Assembly: GCF_009914755.1 (NCBI RefSeq)
Contig: NC_060926.1
Direction: 5' to 3' (one strand)
DNA from: the human T2T-CHM13v2.0 reference genome, Homo sapiens
DNA: 64,000 nucleotides
Shown: in pieces, positions 59,191 through 64,000 of the stretch
Numbering within the stretch: position 1 is the first letter of the stretch
Layout of the letters: each line of letters opens with the position of its first letter
Position numbers and translations under genes: made by a program
The notes under the pieces: model-generated
What the model was told of the DNA's origin: nothing
What the model saw: only the letters and a program-made list of their open reading frames with translations
Database searches by the model: none

Positions 59191-59255
59191 GTGAGGATGG
59201 CGACTCCCCACTCGGACCCCCTGAGGATGGCGACTTCCCGCTGGGGCCCCCTGAG
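59191..59255. repeat. 30-bp tandem duplication (~2.2 copies)
   Basis: gtgaggatggcgactccccactcggacccc / ctgaggatggcgacttcccgctggggcccc / ctgag. Confidence 0.85.
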
Positions 59256-59513
59256 ACTTTGCTGGGGCTGGAAGACCACACACAGTGCATTCCCTGAAGG
59301 CCAGGGCCTACCCATCCACCCATCCATCCACACTTCCCCTGGGGTTGCCTGGATAAGCTCAGGGCCCCACCCACCCAACAGGGGAGGAGGGGAGACCCAG
59401 CCAGCCCTCCTGGAGCCCTGACATTTACAGCTGCAAAGGTAGGCAGCTGCGCTCAAACACACAAGCCAGGCCTCTCAACACAAGAAGGGGTTTAACATTA
59501 AAGAAAACATTAT

Positions 59514-59778
59514 GAGGCTGAGGCAGGCAGATTGCTTGTGTCCAGGAGATTGAGACCAGCCTGGGCAACACAGCAAAACCCTGTCCCTACAAAAAATAGA
59601 AAAATTAGCCAGGTCTGGTGATGCATGCTTGTAGTCCCAGCAACTCAGAAGGCTGAGATGGGAGGATCAACTGAGCCTGGGGAGGTCGAGGCTGCAGTGA
59701 ACCGTGATGGTGTCACTGCACTCCAGCCTGGGCAACAGAGTGAGACCCTGTCTCAAACAAAACAAAACAAAAAAAAAC
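59514..59778 (+). mobile_element. AluJ, 5'-truncated
   Basis: gaggctgaggcaggcagattgcttg...gaggctgcagtgaaccgtgat...tctcaaacaaaac. Confidence 0.9.
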
Positions 59779-61852
59779 CCATTTTGATAGATTTTGTGGA
59801 AAATAAGGAAGAAAAGAAAAAGGCCCATTCTTTTTTGCTTATACTGTATTTGCAAAGGACATATAAGAAACTAAGAAAAGGGTTACGGAGGGAACTGGAT
59901 GGGAGATGGGGATGGGTGTGTGTTTTTCACTGGATACCTTTTTATACAATTTCATTTTTGAATCCTATTCAGAAAAATTAAAGCTGGAAATTCTATTCCC
60001 TCATTTACCACGTTTACAGGGTGAAAGAGAAATTCTGTATCCTCATCCCAAGAGATGCTGAAAAGCATCCGTGGAAGGTTGGCACCACCTGTCATGAGCG
60101 CCTTTTTCCAGATGAGAGTTCCCCAGGACTCATCGCAGAGCTTCCGGCTGGACTCCCTGAGGCCATGGAGAATTGCCAGGGTAGGGGTTACAGAGAAAGA
60201 TGCCCTCCCTTGGAAATAATTTGTTTGAAGGCTCCTAATCTGCATGTGGTCTTGGCAAATAGGATCCAGCAAACCTGGATGTGTGCAAGCCATTGGAGAT
60301 TCGTGGTTTCTTGGATGAAGCTGGGAATTCCACCTCTGCCTCAAGCTGTGCACCCTCAAACTCTCAAAAGCCTCAGTTTACTCATCTGCAACATGAGTTA
60401 AGAGTGCCCAACCCCCATAGGATGGGAATGATCATGTTAAAAGACATACATTCTCCAATCTCTACTGCTTCCAGGAGGCCCTTCAGAATAACATTGATTC
60501 ACTACACACAGTGTAAGCAGCATGGCTGATCTCTCGTAAGTCCTGCATGAGGTAGCAATTAGAACCTCAAACATGAGAATCAAAGAGTGCCACTTTTGCA
60601 GCAGTAGAAGACTAAGAAATTGTAATAATCCTTTGAATCAGTTTGCTCAGATTACTCCCAGATTACTCTGGGACTTTTCTGACATATGAAGAACAATTTC
60701 TATTTCAATAGGGTGTCCATTGCCTGCCACTAACTTTTCATTTTCACAGAGAATGGCTGAAATTAGAATGGAGAGATTCTGATAATTCTGGCAAGCAGAG
60801 GGCAGATGGGGGTGAGGATGTGCGGACAGGGGCTTTGTTACTCTAAACGGCAGGGAAGGACTTGGGGACAGCATTTGTTCCCCTCTCCAGTGACATTCCT
60901 GTTTTGTTCAAGTGCCCCTCTGATGAACCCAGTGGGTGAACACAGAGCAGGTGACACACACTTTGGACAGGTGAGACAGTCGCGGGTGAGTCACCTCCTT
61001 ACCAGGAACCTCTGGTGTGCAGTCACCTTTCCTGCGGCTGGGTGGCAGTCTGTACTCATTCTGTGCCTTACCTCTTCCCTCCCGAGCATGACTCTGAGCA
61101 GGCACTTCTGGGGACTTCAAAGAGACTGTCACATGCAGATGAGATGAGCCATGTGCCTTTCAGGCCCAGCTCAGCAGGGCCAGCTTGAAAGGCATATCTG
61201 AATTGAATCAAATGCATCCACCCCACAAACTGAGGATGTGATTATGTGTAAACAATGAAAATGACAATCATTGACAGCCCAGCGTTTAAATGCTCTGGAT
61301 GTTGGAGGTAACTTACAGCCAGTATCTAATTCACAGCTGCCCCGAAGTTAGCTAACCTCGCCAAAAGCTCCCTGTGCTTGAGGATGGAGGAAAGAGAGAG
61401 CAGCAGAGAAGGATGGGTATCCATCAAGACAAGGCTGGCTGAGTGTCTAAATCATCCCCACACGCTCCATTTGTCTGTGGGATCACTATCACATATTTGA
61501 TCACATGATACGTTTCATAACCCCCTTTACCCCCATCAGTGAAACTTGTGCAGCAAGGGGAGCTATTTGTGTTCAATGCAGTGCCCGAGAGCACTGGGAT
61601 AGTGGCAACAGTGAAGACAATCGCTAGTGGATGTCACAGGTCTCTGCTCTTGGTCTTCACTGATCCAAGTGGTCTTCTGGTGAAGATGTAAAGGGGATAC
61701 CACTCCAAGTTATAGATGACATGAAGCTTCATGTTTTATATTAGAGAATACATGGGCTAAATCTAAAAGACAACACCAGCGATAATGCAAAGTTCTACTT
61801 AGGTTAAAAAAAAAGTTTTTTTTAAAAAAGTCACCACCTCATATTCAGAATG

Positions 61853-62117
61853 ATCCCAGCACTTTGAGAGGCAGAGGTGGGAGGATCACTGGAGGACAGG
61901 AGTTTGAGACCAGCCTGGACAACACAGTGAGACGCTCGTCTCTACCAAAAAAAAGATTTTAAAATTAGGCAGGCATGGTGCCACATGCCTGTAGTCCCAG
62001 CTCTTCAGGAGGCTGAGGTCAAGGGTCACTTGAGCTCAGAAGTTCAAGGCTGCAGTGAGCTATGATTGCTTCACTGTACTCCAGCCTGAGTGACAGAGTG
62101 AGATCTTGTCTCTAAAA
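61853..62117 (+). mobile_element. AluJ SINE
   Basis: atcccagcactttgagagg...aaggctgcagtgagctatgattg...gtctctaaaa. Confidence 0.9.
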
Positions 62118-62118
62118 G

Positions 62119-62150
<32 letters not shown>

Positions 62151-62426
62151 TTAGAGAGATGTGGCTTTGCAGCACGTTCCCACACAGAGAGGCAGGGAGG
62201 TCAGCTGGCTGTCAGTGCAGTGCCCAGGTCCAACAGATAGGTATGGTTGCCAAAAACCAGACAAAGGAGGTCACTGTGCCCACCTGAAGTGGGACATTGG
62301 AAAGTTGCCAAGTAGATGCTGTGGAAGGCAGCACAAGATCAAGGGTAGCTGAACACCTCAGCACATAAAGAATCTTTCCAGGAACCATGAGAAGAAGGAA
62401 GAGCTTGAACAGAAGTGGTGAGGTCC

Positions 62427-62880
<454 letters not shown>

Positions 62881-63659
62881 CTAGGTCCAAAATATGGATG
62901 TGCCAGAGAATAGGCTTTGGATAATTTATAGAACGTCTTCTCAGCTGGCGCTTTGCAGTGATGCGCTGGGCTGCCTCTTTGGGAGGGAAAGGGCTTATGG
63001 ATTAGACAGCCCTCTGAGGGCTCACAGAGAGGGGCTTCTATGGTGGGAAGTGCCCTTCACACTGAGAATCGTGATTCCAAATGAAGGGTGTCTAAGTAAT
63101 GATGATGACTCCATGTTGGATGGTTAAGCATCTGCCACTGTGGGTCACCTCGCCCATGTATCAGGGAGGATCAAAGAGGACCCTCGATCATGGCCACACA
63201 GCTAGCAAGAGGAAGGCAGGACTGGCCCAGGGATTCTGATTCCACATCAACAGAGTTTTTAACATCCCCAGAGTGTCCCTGATTCCCTCTTCATGACCCT
63301 GCACTAGCTGCCATATTCATACAGGGAAGCACACCAGCACCTGCATCTCCCCTACTAACAGCCCTCCTCACAACCGCACTGCTTCTCAGCTGCCCTGACT
63401 GGTCTCAATTAACATTCATTGAATAATGAGTAAATAACTAAACGGATGGACAATTGAACCTCTTCCCTTAGATGTCCAGCACTCTACACCTAATGCTGCC
63501 CCTGGGTGTCAGCAAATGAAACCTGGAGGCAGGATTGTGGTACTCCTCCAATGCCAGAGTTGGAGGAGAGAGATCATTGCTGGAATGGAGATCTGGGGCC
63601 CAGAGAACAGCTCCTACAGTCAGGAGTAAATGGCAAAAAGCCACTAATTCCAATCTAAA

Positions 63660-63870
63660 TAGCTAATGCTATTGAATACCTACTATGTGCAGCACTTTCC
63701 TAAGAATTTTTCATGCAAGAACTCTTTGCATCCTCAGAACAACTCTCTGTGGTAATTGTTCCTCTATTTCTAGTTTACGGGTGAGGAAACTGAGGTCAGT
63801 AGGTGTTAAGTAACTTGCTATGCATGCATTAAGTAGCTGGTTGAGCTGAGGCTCAGCCCTGGCAGTGGCT
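63660..63870 (-). mobile_element. MIR
   Basis: tattgaatacctactatgtgc...gtgaggaaactgaggtcag...taagtaacttgc. Confidence 0.8.
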
Positions 63871-64000
63871 TCATCATTGTGCCTTGTGAGCCCCTCCAAG
63901 GTCACATGGTCCAGCAAACTACAGCAAACTGGGGAGTAGCCAGGAGTAAAATCATGTGGGGAACTTGAGGGGTGACTTCAGGGGAGGAACAGCCCCATGT

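Overview
Human (primate) genomic DNA with no intact protein-coding gene. The window lies inside a minus-strand lncRNA of the CYTOR (LINC00152) / MIR4435-2HG (MORRBID) segmental-duplication pair on chr2. Orientation and two paralog-type bases point to MIR4435-2HG; this identification is from memory, not a database search. Three lncRNA exons have canonical splice sites: 57683-57828, 47576-47776 and the terminal exon 7090-7401, which carries an ATTAAA signal and a 52-codon sORF. The promoter and first exon lie beyond the right edge. The rest is intron with Alu, L1, L2, MIR, MLT/LTR and DNA-transposon remnants. Main unexplained structures: (1) an apparent fossil multi-exon protein-coding gene on the same strand inside the introns, with partly phase-compatible decayed exons, C2H2-like remnants and a ~5 kb repeat-free 3'UTR-like block; (2) an old non-Alu inverted repeat with ~200 bp arms at 50.3/51.8 kb; (3) small ORFs in the lncRNA exons, one possibly switched by a paralog-specific base; (4) a young AluYa5 insertion. 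Repeat subfamily names and many repeat boundaries are by eye and approximate.
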